A DNA stretch of 64,000 bases. Origin: Aplysia californica. Its lineage: Eukaryota. The DNA lies in the NCBI RefSeq assembly GCF_000002075.1, contig NW_004797297.1, positions 333,930 to 397,929 of the forward strand, given 5' to 3'. Position numbers and translations under genes: made by a program. Each line of letters begins with the position of its first letter. Within the stretch, counting starts at the first letter, position 1. Shown here piece by piece: positions 37,101-48,395 of the stretch. The notes beneath the pieces were generated by a model, which saw only the letters and a program-made list of their open reading frames with translations, was not told the DNA's origin and ran no database searches.

Positions 37101-38815
37101 ACTTTTTCAGAGAGTTTGTGATGAGGAGATGAACGTCTTGTCTTTCATCCAGAAGAAGCATAGCTCCCAAGTAACCAATTCTCTTGTCTGTGAACCTCGG
37201 TGAAGCAATCAACTTCATACACTCAAGCTGCGGACAAAAGATTACACAAATTATATTAATGAGCGTCTGTAAAAAAAAAGTAACAAATCCACGGATATTT
37301 ATAACATAAAAAGGAAACAGTCAACAAAAATGCAATCTGAAATGTTCACTGAAAATAGTCACAAAAGAATCGCATTGTGGTAAAATCCCTTTTACATTCT
37401 TCAACACTAACAAACAAAAATAGGTGCATAGTAGGTCATCGGATGGCATTCTCTCAGCAAGTCTGTGTCCAGAGTAGAAGCCAAAGTTAGAATAAAGCTG
37501 GTTCTTGATTTCAGATGAGCACAGATATCTTGTATATGCCGTGGATTGACAAATGAGCTCGACCAATTCATAATTCAAGTAAACCAAGATAATGAAAAAT
37601 AAGACAGATATCAAGTAACATCAAGGGAAGTAACTGTGACTGTATGAAGGCTGGTTTCTATTGTCAAACAAGTCAATTCTTTCCTCTCTGCCATTATGAA
37701 AAGTACCACATATCGATCTAAGGATAGAAGGATGGATACTATGGGTGCTTTGTTCAGTGTCAAAGTACAAGGCAGGAAAACAGTGATACTGAGCGTTTCG
37801 ACTGCAGTAACATTGTACTTAATTCAGATCACAAACATGGCAATAAACTTCCAACACTGGCCACAGCCAGAACATGCCATCTCCCCCTCTGTGTAATCCC
37901 TTCCAAATCCATTCCTTCGCTTTCAAACAACCATGCTCATACATGCACACAAACATAATTGTGCTGTATGGGGTATGAATATTGTTTGTCTGTATGTGTT
38001 TTTGTTTGTTTTTGTAAAGTGTTTTACGGCGCTCGCAACTGCATAAGGTCATATGAGCGCGCGGGATACACGTAATATTTTCAGTTGGTAGGAAATTTGG
38101 AATTTTGCGCGGGTGACGGCCGAAGCCTACTCTTATCAATTTTAGACCACCAAGGGATCTTTAACGTGCGCAACTTGCATACGGGCCCTCCGAGATTTTT
38201 CGCCCTTGTCCGAGAAGGCTAGGTGTAGATCTTTCCTACCAGAAGATCAGAGATGTGGCAGAAAGACAGCAGTAAGTAGGAGCCATTGAGTAGCAGTAGA
38301 AAGGCTGCAGAAAGAGTCAGGAGCCCAGAGGAGGGGGCAAAGGAGGTGAGGGGGTGGGGGCAGAAAGTGGAAATGAAAGCAGACAACAGGACATTGCTAG
38401 AGAGCAGGAAAGAAGGTGAAAGGAGGCAATTTTAGAGAAGAAAATTTTTCGGTCGCTACCCGGATTCGAACCCGGGACCTTTGAATGAGAGGCCAACACC
38501 TTAACCTCTAGGCCACGAGAGCCCCCTCTGTATGTATGTGTGTGTGATTGTTAAATTTTACTGTAAATGTAGAGCTTTTAACCCATTCACAACACACTAG
38601 AAAATGTTTCTCACCTGGCCAAAATGAGCTGGATAGCCTAACATATGAATGTAAAGCAGCTTGGCAACATTTCGACATCTGTATGTGTTGTCTTGGTCTC
38701 GAAAAGAGTCCCTGATTGTGGCACACTCACGGTTCACCACAGCTCTTTCGTCAGCTGCTGTACGAGAGGAGCGGATCTCTCGTATTAAATCTCGAAGCCG
38801 CTTTGGAGCCGGCAT
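16044..38815 (-). CDS. AP1G1: AP-1 complex subunit gamma-1 (gamma-adaptin), 21 coding exons, 828 aa (whole gene span)
   Basis: Spliced exons total 2487 nt, open from [15 protein letters not shown] to NTFPAELWQ*; strong recognisable similarity to metazoan AP1G1 throughout; all introns GT-AG with consistent phase. Confidence 0.97.
16457..16555 (-). CDS. AP1G1: AP1G1 coding exon 20
   Basis: [33 protein letters not shown]|gtaagc. Confidence 0.93.
17196..17350 (-). CDS. AP1G1: AP1G1 coding exon 19
   Basis: [28 protein letters not shown]|gtaggc. Confidence 0.93.
17567..19261. mobile_element. Non-autonomous TIR DNA element with TA flanks (contains gap 18138-18297)
   Basis: ~45-bp near-perfect terminal inverted repeats ctcgcccgatgtcgggtgactagcgccaggct..; TA on both sides. 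Confidence 0.8.
19945..20031 (-). CDS. AP1G1: AP1G1 coding exon 18 (hinge)
   Basis: cag|..[28 protein letters not shown]|gtaagt; phase 1-1 restores the frame. Confidence 0.8.
20657..20816 (-). CDS. AP1G1: AP1G1 coding exon 17 (hinge)
   Basis: [31 protein letters not shown]|gtattc. Confidence 0.85.
21468..21621 (-). CDS. AP1G1: AP1G1 coding exon 16
   Basis: [19 protein letters not shown]|gtgagt. Confidence 0.9.
21914..22090 (-). mobile_element. Family A copy (GGCACTT/AAGTGCC subfamily)
   Basis: Full motif set. Confidence 0.85.
22282..22386 (-). CDS. AP1G1: AP1G1 coding exon 15
   Basis: [35 protein letters not shown]. Confidence 0.93.
23200..23327 (-). CDS. AP1G1: AP1G1 coding exon 14
   Basis: [42 protein letters not shown]|gtaagt. 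Confidence 0.93.
23580..23792 (-). CDS. AP1G1: AP1G1 coding exon 13
   Basis: [32 protein letters not shown]. Confidence 0.95.
23968..24137. mobile_element. Degenerate pogo/Tigger-like MITE
   Basis: Internal inverted motif tgtccaagac / gtcttggaca; right end ..tttcaactgta. Confidence 0.5.
24411..24465 (-). CDS. AP1G1: AP1G1 coding exon 12
   Basis: [18 protein letters not shown]|gtaagt. Confidence 0.93.
24675..24838 (-). mobile_element. Family A copy (diverged)
   Basis: Tail and accacaccagagcaccc end. Confidence 0.65.
25266..25406 (-). CDS. AP1G1: AP1G1 coding exon 11
   Basis: [46 protein letters not shown]. Confidence 0.95.
25522..26884. mobile_element. Non-autonomous DNA transposon with 6-bp TSD (hAT6-like)
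   Basis: TIR (t/c)agacctgcc..ggcaggtctg; perfect TSD ttgata (25516-25521, 26885-26890); subterminal aaaatcggga repeats at both ends. Confidence 0.8.
26010..26222 (-). mobile_element. PIF/Harbinger transposase fragment (element probably ~25762-26724) nested in the 6-bp-TSD element
   Basis: [37 protein letters not shown] matches the Harbinger/HARBI1 HTH motif; imperfect ends taagccccga / tcgagactta. Confidence 0.8.
27384..27497 (-). CDS. AP1G1: AP1G1 coding exon 10
   Basis: [37 protein letters not shown]. Confidence 0.95.
28226..28281 (-). CDS. AP1G1: AP1G1 coding exon 9
   Basis: [19 protein letters not shown]. Confidence 0.95.
28352..29084. mobile_element. Non-autonomous DNA transposon with 6-bp TSD (hAT6-like)
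   Basis: TIR cagacttgcctact / agtaggcgagtcta; TSD cacaat/cacaac; subterminal ttccgtaa repeats. Confidence 0.7.
29441..29539 (-). CDS. AP1G1: AP1G1 coding exon 8
   Basis: [33 protein letters not shown]. Confidence 0.95.
30452..30851 (-). mobile_element. Retroposon family B copy (~400 bp; same 3' tail as family A)
   Basis: TSD aaaaacacag (30442-30451, 30852-30861); homologous to 57496-58279 and 62052-62461. Confidence 0.88.
30947..31027 (-). CDS. AP1G1: AP1G1 coding exon 7
   Basis: [27 protein letters not shown]. Confidence 0.95.
31913..32008 (-). CDS. AP1G1: AP1G1 coding exon 6
   Basis: [32 protein letters not shown]. Confidence 0.95.
33582..33608 (-). CDS. AP1G1: Candidate alternative 27-nt microexon of AP1G1 (LCPIKFCLQ)
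   Basis: tgctag|27 nt open in phase 0|gtaagt, in the intron between FRK and LVPQ; weak polypyrimidine tract. Confidence 0.35.
34048..34124 (-). CDS. AP1G1: AP1G1 coding exon 5
   Basis: [26 protein letters not shown]. Confidence 0.95.
34991..35214. repeat. Tandem duplication, two ~111-bp units
   Basis: acaattagca(a/t)ggcaaacag..gaagatgttcaacc repeated head-to-tail. Confidence 0.85.
35523..35619 (-). CDS. AP1G1: AP1G1 coding exon 4
   Basis: [33 protein letters not shown]. Confidence 0.95.
36183..36324 (-). CDS. AP1G1: AP1G1 coding exon 3
   Basis: [47 protein letters not shown]. Confidence 0.95.
36862..37034 (-). mobile_element. Family A copy
   Basis: 14-bp TSD tatctcc(a/g)acatag (36848-36861, 37035-37048). 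Confidence 0.9.
37103..37227 (-). CDS. AP1G1: AP1G1 coding exon 2
   Basis: [41 protein letters not shown]. Confidence 0.96.
37998..38526 (-). mobile_element. Full-length tRNA-headed SINE (Meta-domain-like core) ending in the family A/B tail
   Basis: A box TGGCCTAGAGG, B box GGTTCGAATCC (38462-38472), core gcgcacgttaaagatccc, shared tail; TSD tctgtatgt. Confidence 0.85.
38615..38815 (-). CDS. AP1G1: AP1G1 coding exon 1 (exon acceptor at 38824)
   Basis: [67 protein letters not shown]|gtgaga. Confidence 0.96.
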
Positions 38816-41800
38816 ACTCACCGCCTGAAACAGAAAAATTAATTACAAAATGAGCAATCTTTCCTGTATTCATTAACCATTTTAGTATCGATTCATCCTT
38901 CAGCTAGCCAGGGGCTGTATTATCTTACCCCTTTCATTAGCACTGCACAGAGGGCAGCAAGTTGATTAACAAACAACATTGTACTTATGGAGCAATTTAT
39001 TGGCAATGGGTATATACAGTGTGAACAACTTCGTACAACACAGTAATATAACTTTTGTCTTAGAAAATGTTCCATTGAATTGGAATTGCATTTTTGGGTG
39101 GCTCAAGCAAAATGATATAATGGTAAAGCTGAAAACAAAAGCATGACAGACGTTTCCAAAATAAAGTCAGGCATAGCAATAATCAATGTGAATATCATGT
39201 TTTGATGATAAGTAATAACTAAATAAATGGATTGCAAAAGAAATTTCAAAGTAGCAGATGATATTTAAAATGCACGGCAGGAAAAGTCGCGTTTCTCTAC
39301 ATTACTTCAGACTTCAGAATCCCAAATTCCTTGTCAAACAAAATCAAACTTACCTTTAAAACATTCATGATGTGGCAGGGGTGCGTTGCATTAAATCAAC
39401 AGATAGTATGTGTGTACGTCAAATCCTGTTTTCCAGTGAGAGAAATAACAACAACAAATATATTGCACCAAAAAAAATTTTAAAAATTGTAATAAGCTGA
39501 ACTATCAATGACAATTTTTTTAAAACAATTGTTACTTTTCCCTAGTTCAGAACATTTTTTCAGGACAGAGTTAGGTTACATCTCAATCAGGGCAGGCCAA
39601 TAGATATATAGAAGAGAAGAAAAGGACACTTTGGACATAAGGAAAGACCAAGGAGAGCAAACACTTCTACGTCTACAATTGCTTCCAAAGATTCAAATCA
39701 ATAAGAGTACATGCATGTATACACATACGACTGCTGACAATTATAATCGTCTCCTGGTAGTGCTCACTTCATAGAAAGAGCTTTAAAACAAACATGTGTC
39801 AGACTTTCTATGTATCTAATCTAGTCTTCAAACTTAAGTCTTGCTAAAAAGAAGTTAATTATTTGTTTGTTTGTTTGGGGGTATGCATGTCAGAAGCAAA
39901 ATCATCCAAGTTTTAGGAGGATAGATTTTTTCCCTGAAAGTATAGAGCTGGCTATGAAAGGAGGGCAACCAGGAGAAGATTATAATCGTCAGCAGTTTAT
40001 GTAGGTTATTTTCGGGCACCCAATCACATGCAACCTGGCAATCACGATGAATCTTTCACACACCAGCAAGTTGTTTCTGACCCAGCTTCCAGCTCTAGTA
40101 TTTTATCGCTAGACAGGAGGTAATTTTTAAGTCCATTCATAAAATGTACTACATGTAAGAATTTGAAATTTTACAGCAATAAAGAAGACGTGGGAAAAAA
40201 AGGTACTACACACAAAAATTTGAAATTTTACAGTATTAAAGAAGACATGTGAGCACCTGCCCAGTCGAAACAGCATCTCCTCTTAGTTTTTGAAAAACAG
40301 AAGAAAATTGCGCAACACAACAATCTCTCTGGATCTGGAAATCTGTCGATATTGTATGCATATATGTGGTTATTTCTGTCTTTTTTTCTGATTGCTTGCC
40401 AAGTTTCATTCATTTTTATCAACGGGTATTCCAATAACTATACAGAGAAAAGAACTACTTCTGATCCCAAACTGCCCAAAAATTACTCCCAGGGCCAACG
40501 CACAGTGAGCTATTGGAATTGCTACAAAGTACAAATCGTACCAAGAAATGTTAAAAACTTTTGAAATCACCACTGACTGATGAAGAACCACACTGTGACT
40601 GTTACCTTTTCAGCAACAATTCAATATTTCATAGTGTTCTTACATAATCAGGTCCAGGTTGATAAACTTGTAGAATGGCATCCAACCCACTTCCCCTTGA
40701 CTTGGATCAACTTATACCAGAAAACTCTGCCACTGGAACGATCAGGGTTCTCACTCAGCAAGAGGGAACCTTGAACATATATTGACAATGTACTTCTTAA
40801 TTTAGACACTTTTATTCATTTAATTATTTTATGAATAATATAAGATGGCGTATCCCCTTCCTTGTCACATATTTCCAAAGTCTGTGGTATAAACACCAGT
40901 CTGAGAGCAGCATTACAGACAGGGTACTACTAATACTATAATACAATAGTAATGGCCATTACAATGACCCATTGAAAAAAGGGGTGTATACAAAAAAAAC
41001 CCTTTGGCTTATAACGTACTCTCAACAGCAATGTTCACTTTCAGAAGTCATGGGGTCCCATTAAGCATTTTTACGCTTTACAAGCTATGTCTAGAATGTA
41101 CTTGAGTAAAACGTATTTGCACTACACTATTCACTTTTCAAAGGATTTAGAGTGACCAAAAGTCTATATAATTTATGATAAGGTCTAAGTTTGTACTTCG
41201 TAAGAAAAAAGAAAGATGACAAAAAGTGATGGTTTTACTGTTCTCTGGAATACGACATAATCAGCTGCAGTGTAGAGAGGGCAAGTTTTTTCTAGAGTAG
41301 TTTTGCTGTCAAGGTGAACCCTTGCATCCCCCCCCCCCCCCAATCAAACAAACATATGTGCACACCCATGCCATAATCCTTTGCTTTCCTACCCACAAGT
41401 CTGTTTGGCAAAAATAGAAACCCATTAATGCAAGAAGGTCATCATTCCAATAATTATAATTGATCAGCATCATAAACACCATTAAATGATCTCCATCCCC
41501 ATCACATTTATAAATTCCTCTGTCATGGATTAACTCACTTGATCCTGAGCTATTTTTCACCCAAGAACCATTGCAGCCTGACATTTTTGGGGTATAGAGA
41601 AACGTTTAAAACAACAAAAAGACGGTGGTCAAAGCTATCAACAATTTTTTTTTTTAATGCAACAAGAGAAAGAAAGAAATGCTCTCAAAGAAAAGAAAAC
41701 TGCACTTAATTTGTCCAAATAGTTGTTATTTTATAATCAATATTTTGAAATGGCAATTTCAGAGGGTTACGCAATTTTTTTAACGCTCAACTATTGCAAT

Positions 41801-42176
41801 GCAGGGGTGACTGACTTGGTCCGTTACAGCTCAAAAAGTACCGAACATAACTTCACCAAATTTTTAATGAAACAAAACAAGTCGGTTAACTATTGGCGTG
41901 ACACTTCTCGTAGCTGGTAACCGAAAAACACAGGAGATATCGAAAATTTGCGGGTGAATTATTGGACCGGGTCCTAGCGTAGGTGACCTAACTTTCTCAA
42001 CCTCGGTCTGCTCTATTTCCGGACCAATCTGAATGAAACTCGGCAACCAATCAGAAAATAGGGCAAACTAATGAATATGTGGACGTTGAAGTTCGTACAC
42101 ATAAATTAACGTATACTTTTGGTGTCAGGAACACTTTCGTATCGGGTGTACCGAAAACTATAAGGGGTAACAATAT

Positions 42177-42254
42177 AGTGTAAAGCGCATAGAGCCTGCT
42201 GCTGAGCGGGGATATGCGCTATACAAATGCTATCTATTATTATTATTATTATTA
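42177..42254 (+). mobile_element. L2-type LINE/SINE 3' end fragment
   Basis: tgtaaagcgcatagag..tatgcgctatacaaat hairpin followed by a (TAT)n tail; tagtgt on both flanks. Confidence 0.65.
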
Positions 42255-42950
42255 GTGTGCTCAAATTTGAACGTTCTGTGTCCAGTAGTTGTTTAGACCC
42301 GATCATAAATGCACGACTATCCCCCTATCTAAAGCGGCTTCGCGCGGAGAACGGACATTTTCCCCATCACTCTCACGGCAAATCTATGTGACCTACAAAT
42401 CCCCGCATGACTATTCCGAGCCCGTTCATTGGTCACTTGAAATAGGGCAATGGCGGGCGCGCGCATCCAGTTGTTTTTCTCTCTGTTCCCCTGAAACATC
42501 GAAATGGGGGCATTCTCCCCTCGGGGTGTTCGCGTCTCAACAGGGAAAAATAATTATTAATTGTACTGCATGCTACATTGAATTAACTTATCTTTTAAGG
42601 TTGGCATGGTCTAAAGTCATCAAAGAAAGCTTTGCCATTATTTAGTCACGCTGCCAACATATTATTCTTAAAAAGATCCCATGTTGTGATACAATGCTAT
42701 AAAAAAATAAGGACTCATCCCGACACCCCTTTTTCGCAAAATCGTAATACTCACAAAAAATTAAGCACTTAATTGTAATTACAACAAAATAACTACGAAA
42801 TGGTTAGTAAATCTGACAGCAGAAATGATTTCTCCCCTCCAAAACACATCGGGTAGCCCTGTTTCTACCTGACACTCCAATTAATTACTGAGAGGTCGAT
42901 TATCTTACAGAATCTGCTACAGCATGGTCCACTGTTTAGGAGTATTTTCC

Positions 42951-43670
42951 TATGGCCACCTCGATTCTCACCCCGGGTGAGAATAGCGCAGGCGAGTCTT
43001 TTCGCTATTCTCACCCGGTGTGCGTTCACCGTTATAGCCTAGATCTAGGCAAACCAATTTAACGTTCACCCTGAACCACAGAATTCTACACTGTGATAAC
43101 AGAAAAATTGTTGGCTAGAATTCTGTGCCGTGAGCTTGTACGTTCCATCACTACTGTTAGCCTTAAAGCGTACAATTTTGTCAGTGGGCAGTGGAAAGAG
43201 AGACAGAGAAAGAGAGAGAGAATAGGAGTAGTGGGAGAACTTCCGGGCAACTTTAATTGTGTTTTAACATCATTTTTTAACTTTGTTTTGGTCAATTTGA
43301 TCGTCCACACCGATAGACAGTATTCAGAAAGAGACAGAGAGAGAGAGAGAGGGGAGGAGTAGATCTTGCGAGAACTTCTGGGCAAAACAAAATGGCGACC
43401 CGCGTAGTTTGGCTCGATTCGAACAGTAAAATAGCCATCTACATCTTTGAAGACGATCAAATTAGCTTACTTTTGTGCTATAACGTAATTTTTTCTTGGC
43501 TTTTATCAATTTGATCATCCACACCGATAGACACAGTATTCCAAAATGAGGAAAAGCAGGTCTTGTTTCGCACCAGGTGAGAATAGCCTACGCTGGCAAG
43601 TCTCACCCGGCGGGGTGAGAGGTAGATCGTTTTTCTATTCTCACCCCGGATGAGAATAGCCACTTCCATA
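42951..43670 (+). mobile_element. Unclassified non-autonomous element with TATGG..CCATA ends, subterminal palindromes and an internal tandem core
   Basis: Repeated ctattctcaccc/gggtgagaatag palindromes; homologous inverted copy at 47891-48395. Confidence 0.75.
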
Positions 43671-44344
43671 AAAAAGGGCCAAAAACAAGAAATTAAATTT
43701 TCATTGGCATTGCTATAGATCTAGATCTAGAGTAGGCCCGCATCACCGCGCTACTGTTTTGGTGCGCAACCCCCGGTCTCCTGCTTTGTTTTGGATAAGA
43801 ACAGCGAAAACGAGGTCATTTTCTGTGAGCATGCGCAGAATGCAGCTTATTTCACTTTCGTTTTGGAGGTTCCTGTCAACACACGTGATTCTACGGTGTC
43901 GGAAAGTTTTGCCCCTTCATATTAATGGTTTTCGTAACCGGTATCGATCAATTTACTAAGCGCTTGAGTAGTCGATTATTTAGCACATCTAGCTAATCTA
44001 GCTCTAATGTATCGTAGAATGTATACTAGAATCGATAAATACTATCGCAGGCTGCTTCTTAATGCCCAGGAACGTGTTAGATAGGGTTGCGCACTGAAGC
44101 GGACCAAATTTGGGCAGTCCGTTTCGTGCGCAATATCGGCTTTTTTGCTATTTGGCATTGATAGTGTGGCTTCTAGGCCCTTTGTTTGTTTTACTTATTA
44201 AGTAAATTTCTCTATGACCAGCATTGTGCACTGAAACAGACTGTTTTCCTTCCATTTGGATGCATTATATTGCCATTGGAAGATGATAAGTTAATGTATT
44301 CATGTCAAAATTAATTAATATGGAAATATAATCTCCAAAATGTT

Positions 44345-44597
44345 CAATCCTTCTTTTCATGTCTTTTTCTTCTTCTTTTTTGCCCTTTTCCTTAAAGAAT
44401 ACTAGTCTAGGTATAGTCTAATTCTTGTTTTCTTCTTTCACTTCCTTGTGTCCACAGCACCTTTCTTTTTCAATTTCTTCTTTTCACGTCTTTTTCTTCT
44501 TCTTTTTTGTCCTTTTCCTTCTAAAATACTAGTCTAGGTATAGTCTTATTCTTGTTTTCTTCTTTCCCCTTCTTGTGTCCACAGCACCTTTCTTTTT
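44345..44597. repeat. Tandem duplication, two ~127-bp pyrimidine-rich units
   Basis: ..actagtctaggtatagtc..tgtgtccacagcacctttc.. repeated. Confidence 0.85.
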
Positions 44598-46584
44598 ATC
44601 CATTGTCAAAACACATACACAAGGTGTAAGGAAATCTCCTGTCAGGGGGCGCACAGCTCCCAAAAAGAACACGCCTAATTGACCTTGGCCTTCCATTATG
44701 GTCAGTACAGGAACTTCTTGCAAGGAAAAGAAGACAAAGCAAGGATAGAGAAAGATGAAAAGTGTCAGAAAAGAGCTAGATCTAGATCTAGAGCTGTAAA
44801 CATGGCACTATTGCGCACCAAACAAGACGATATGTTGCACCAAACCAGAAACCTTGCGCACCAAACCAGACACACGTTACCAAACAAACACCACCACAAC
44901 ATATAGAAATTTTAAACTGCTGTTACAGTAATGCGCTACACCGTATAGAGAGGAAGTTTTTCTAACTTCTGGTGAAAAAATCATGAAGATCGACCTGTAA
45001 CTTCCAGAGATATCCACAAAAGATCGCTTACTGTATATCGCACCACAGGATGTACTCTATATATTGTATGCCTATAGGGCCAAAAGCTGTTCCACACTCC
45101 AAGGTCTCAGCTAACCAGACTAACCACACTGTCATTGACTGACTAATGGTATTGTCAGTATTGAGGCCACTGGGTTGTAGGCCTAGTTCCAATGCATTTT
45201 CCAACCCAAATTCCTCTGCAGGGAGGGTAACGTATTGAATCAAAATATGTCAATCTATAAAAGAATTATCAAAAGTGGCTATCACTACAGTCTACAGTAA
45301 TTTCAGTAACACCACTTCTGATCAGGTCACTCATTTTCCTCTAAAACTTGCTCAACTTTCAGTGTGAGTAACACTGTGGATGAGTAACTACAAGAAACAT
45401 GATATGTTTGGTGAATGAACTAAAACCTTGTCACTCAGGTTTATAAAGAGACAGGAAGTGTCTCAATCACGCCTGCAATTCAGCAATGCAAATACACCTG
45501 AGCTGTAGTGTTGACTGTACCATGCCCAATTACTATTATTCAGAAGGCTGATGATGCTGGGAGACTGGTGTATTATTGTCAACGACCACTGACACTGTCT
45601 GCTGAGTCTGAAGGGGGTTGTGTACCGCTTGCTAGTATTTTTGTTTTCCTCCAAGCCTTCACTTTCAAACAGAGATAAAAGATAAAGTATGTGAGGGACA
45701 GTCAGTTTGGTACGCTGAAAATTTGCTTTTATAGGCATAACGTATCTAAATACCTTATACGATATGGTTTCTCAAAGAACGAACAGATTCCAGGTGACAG
45801 TACTCGGTTGCCCGGTTCCGTATCGGCCCTGCCTACAGGTCCTAAAAATGGCGTCTAACTCGTAAATACACTAATCATCCGCGACAATTATATAGTTCAA
45901 TATACAACAGAGAGTAGCATATAGAATCAGTATAGATTTCGGCACCTCAAAAGAAATGTAGCCTTGGAATCATAAACTACTGTTTTATTCTATTTCCAAT
46001 GGAAGTAACGTCTTTCTTTGAAAGATACGTGTCTGAGTCTGAGAAGAAAAATAGTCCGATGACAAGTTGGACGTGATGTCATTTCCTTCCATCATATGAA
46101 GGGAGGAGAACTCTCGGCTTCCACATATTCGGACCGGTTTTCAACTATTCAGACCAAAATTATATGATCCATTCAAGGGGAGTTTCCCAAAATTATCCCA
46201 TTCCAAGATTATGAATGCGTCAGTTACTAGTACTAGATCTAGGCTTAGCCTCGTAATGACAACTCGTACTGACAACAGTTTATTTAAGTTTTCTTTAAGC
46301 CTGAAAACGGTATATAACTATCGATTTGAGAGTAGTTTAATTTAATAAAAGAAGTGACACACTTGCAATTGCAGCGAGGCCCCCTGAAGAGTGGAGATCG
46401 ATGACATTCGAAACAATATCTTGTGCTTCTTTCGATTGGCCCGTAGGCCCTACATGAATTTAAAACGTTTACGCAAAAGTACTGCAAAGTATTTTGATAA
46501 CCTTAGAATTGAATCTTTAATGTTGTCCTTTGTGTGACAGCCCTTTAAAACTTTTTATTGAAAGGGGGAGGAGGTGATTTTTCC

Positions 46585-46985
46585 ATAGGCTTTGATTCCC
46601 GGACTCCCAATCACAAGGTCATGGGTTCGAATCTCGTCAGGGTAACGTCAGGGTCCCAACGTTGTATCTGCAGGGAAAGACACTTAAATTTATACGAATT
46701 TTCCTCACTTCACCCAGGTAGCCTACCGTGGCCGGAATGGAGAGATCTACCCACCCAATCAAGCCAAAGCCAAAGATCTTATTAGTGTTTTAGCGCGTGT
46801 AATCTGAATTTATTAATCTGCTGCTTGCACTGCATCTTTCCAAGGCAGAAGGGCTAGATAGAATCTAGACTGTTTCCGAGTGTTCTGTACACATGCAGTG
46901 TGTACACGAGGGAAATATAATTTTATCATATAAATATAACCCTTTGTAGCACTGTAGGCTGAGAGCGTGGATATAATAGGCTAAT
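46585..46985 (+). mobile_element. tRNA-derived SINE (related to 52257-53160)
   Basis: B box GGTTCGAATC; shared body ttttcctcacttcacccagg and gcttgcactg. Confidence 0.6.
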
Positions 46986-47339
46986 AGCTTTCTTGCTTAA
47001 AGCCGACAACTCCGATCCGAGTTTAAAGCCGCCTGCAGTCGGCCAGCTCTATGTGGGGCAAGTTGGAAATCATAAGAGAATTTTTATACCTATCGGCGCT
47101 TACTGAGTCAGTCTCCGAAATCGGCGTTCTCTATGTTTTCGCCCTTAGGCTCTACCCCCAAAATCTTATTCATTTCTTCTTTTTTTTAACTCCTTCAAAT
47201 TATATGAGGTCAATAACAGATTGCATGCAAGTCATTGCCTGGGCCACTCTTCCCTCTAAAACAAAATTTACTATGATTGTGTGGACAGTTTGCTTCGAAT
47301 CTCAAAGAGTTTATCTTTAGATCTAGAATCTAGAGGTCA

Positions 47340-47700
47340 GCCTGGCCCGCCTACCTTTTCCAAACGGCGTTCGGCTGTTTACAATTTTTGTACCTGGTAG
47401 ATCTACACGCATTATGATGGTGTTGCCTGAATGGCACTGCCTTGACTGACAAACAAAACAACACTGGATCCGTCCTGTAGGATAGGCACAGGCTTGGCAG
47501 GCCTAGAATCTATTTAATTGTTTTGATTAGGCTATAGATTTTCTATTAAACAACAATTGCACCGCACTGATCAAGACACCGTCGAAACAAACAGTTCATA
47601 AAATCTGTATACAGTGTGGACTGCGGAAAGAGGTCTGTGTTCTATACTGCTGCTGTCAGTGTCGACTGAACTTCTGACTGACTGAACTGAAGTTGAAGGT
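47340..47700. promoter_or_regulatory. Putative bidirectional promoter / non-coding first exons for AP1G1 (minus) and the zinc-finger gene (plus)
   Basis: CpG-rich non-repeat segment with a minus-strand donor (AAG/GTAGGC ~47354) and a plus-strand donor (AAG/GTGTGT ~47699), each followed by TCTAGA arrays. Confidence 0.35.
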
Positions 47701-47765
47701 GTGTGCGGATAACAAAAACTAATAAAATTAGTTTGTAATCTAGGCACTGTAGGCTGTAGGCTAGG

Positions 47766-47886
47766 CTCCTAGATTCTAGATCTAGAATCTAGATCTATTG
47801 TCATTTTTACTAGATTTTTTTCTAGATCTAAATCTAGATTCTAGATCTAGAAATCTATATCTAGATCTAAATCTATGTATATCTAG
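47766..47886. repeat. (TCTAGA)-type palindromic simple-repeat array
   Basis: tagattctagatctagaatctagatct.. seen directly. Confidence 0.85.
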
Positions 47887-47890
47887 TATA

Positions 47891-48395
47891 TATGAAAGTG
47901 GCTATTCTCACCCGCCCGGAAGTTCTCGCAAGATCAACTCCTCCCCTCTTCTCTCTCTCTCTGTCTCTTTCTGAATACTGTCTATCGGTGTGGACGATCA
48001 AATTGACCAAAACAAAGTTAAAAAATGATGTTAAAACACAAAAGTAAATAAATTTGGTTGTCTACAAAGATGCTACGGCTATTTAACTTTTCGAATCGAG
48101 CCGAACTACGCGGGTCGCCATTTTGTTTTGCCCGGAAATTCTCGCGCTACTCCTCTCTCTCTTTCTCTCTCTCTCTCCCTCCACTGCCCACAGACAAAAT
48201 TGTACGCTTTTTGTAGGCTACAGTTGTAATGGAACGTTTGTTCACGGCACAGAATTCTACAATTTTTCTGTTATCACAGTGTAGAATTCTGTGGTTTAGG
48301 GTGAACGCAAAATTTGGTGAACGCGCACCGGGTGAGAATAGCCACAAGACTCGCCTGCACTATTCTCACTGCGGGTGAGAATAGAGGTGGCCGTA
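47891..48395 (-). mobile_element. Second, inverted copy of the TATGG-ended element
   Basis: Reverse complement aligns by eye with 42951-43670, with a different internal core arrangement. Confidence 0.75.

Noticed and set aside
38450-38526. tRNA-Glu(CTC)-like sequence on the minus strand
   Set aside because: The acceptor stem does not pair, and it continues into a SINE body with tail and TSD; it is a SINE head, not a tRNA gene
41802-42731. Possible hAT element (caggggtg..cacccct) or AP1G1 promoter in CpG-rich DNA
   Set aside because: No matching TSD and no clear donor; cannot distinguish the two interpretations
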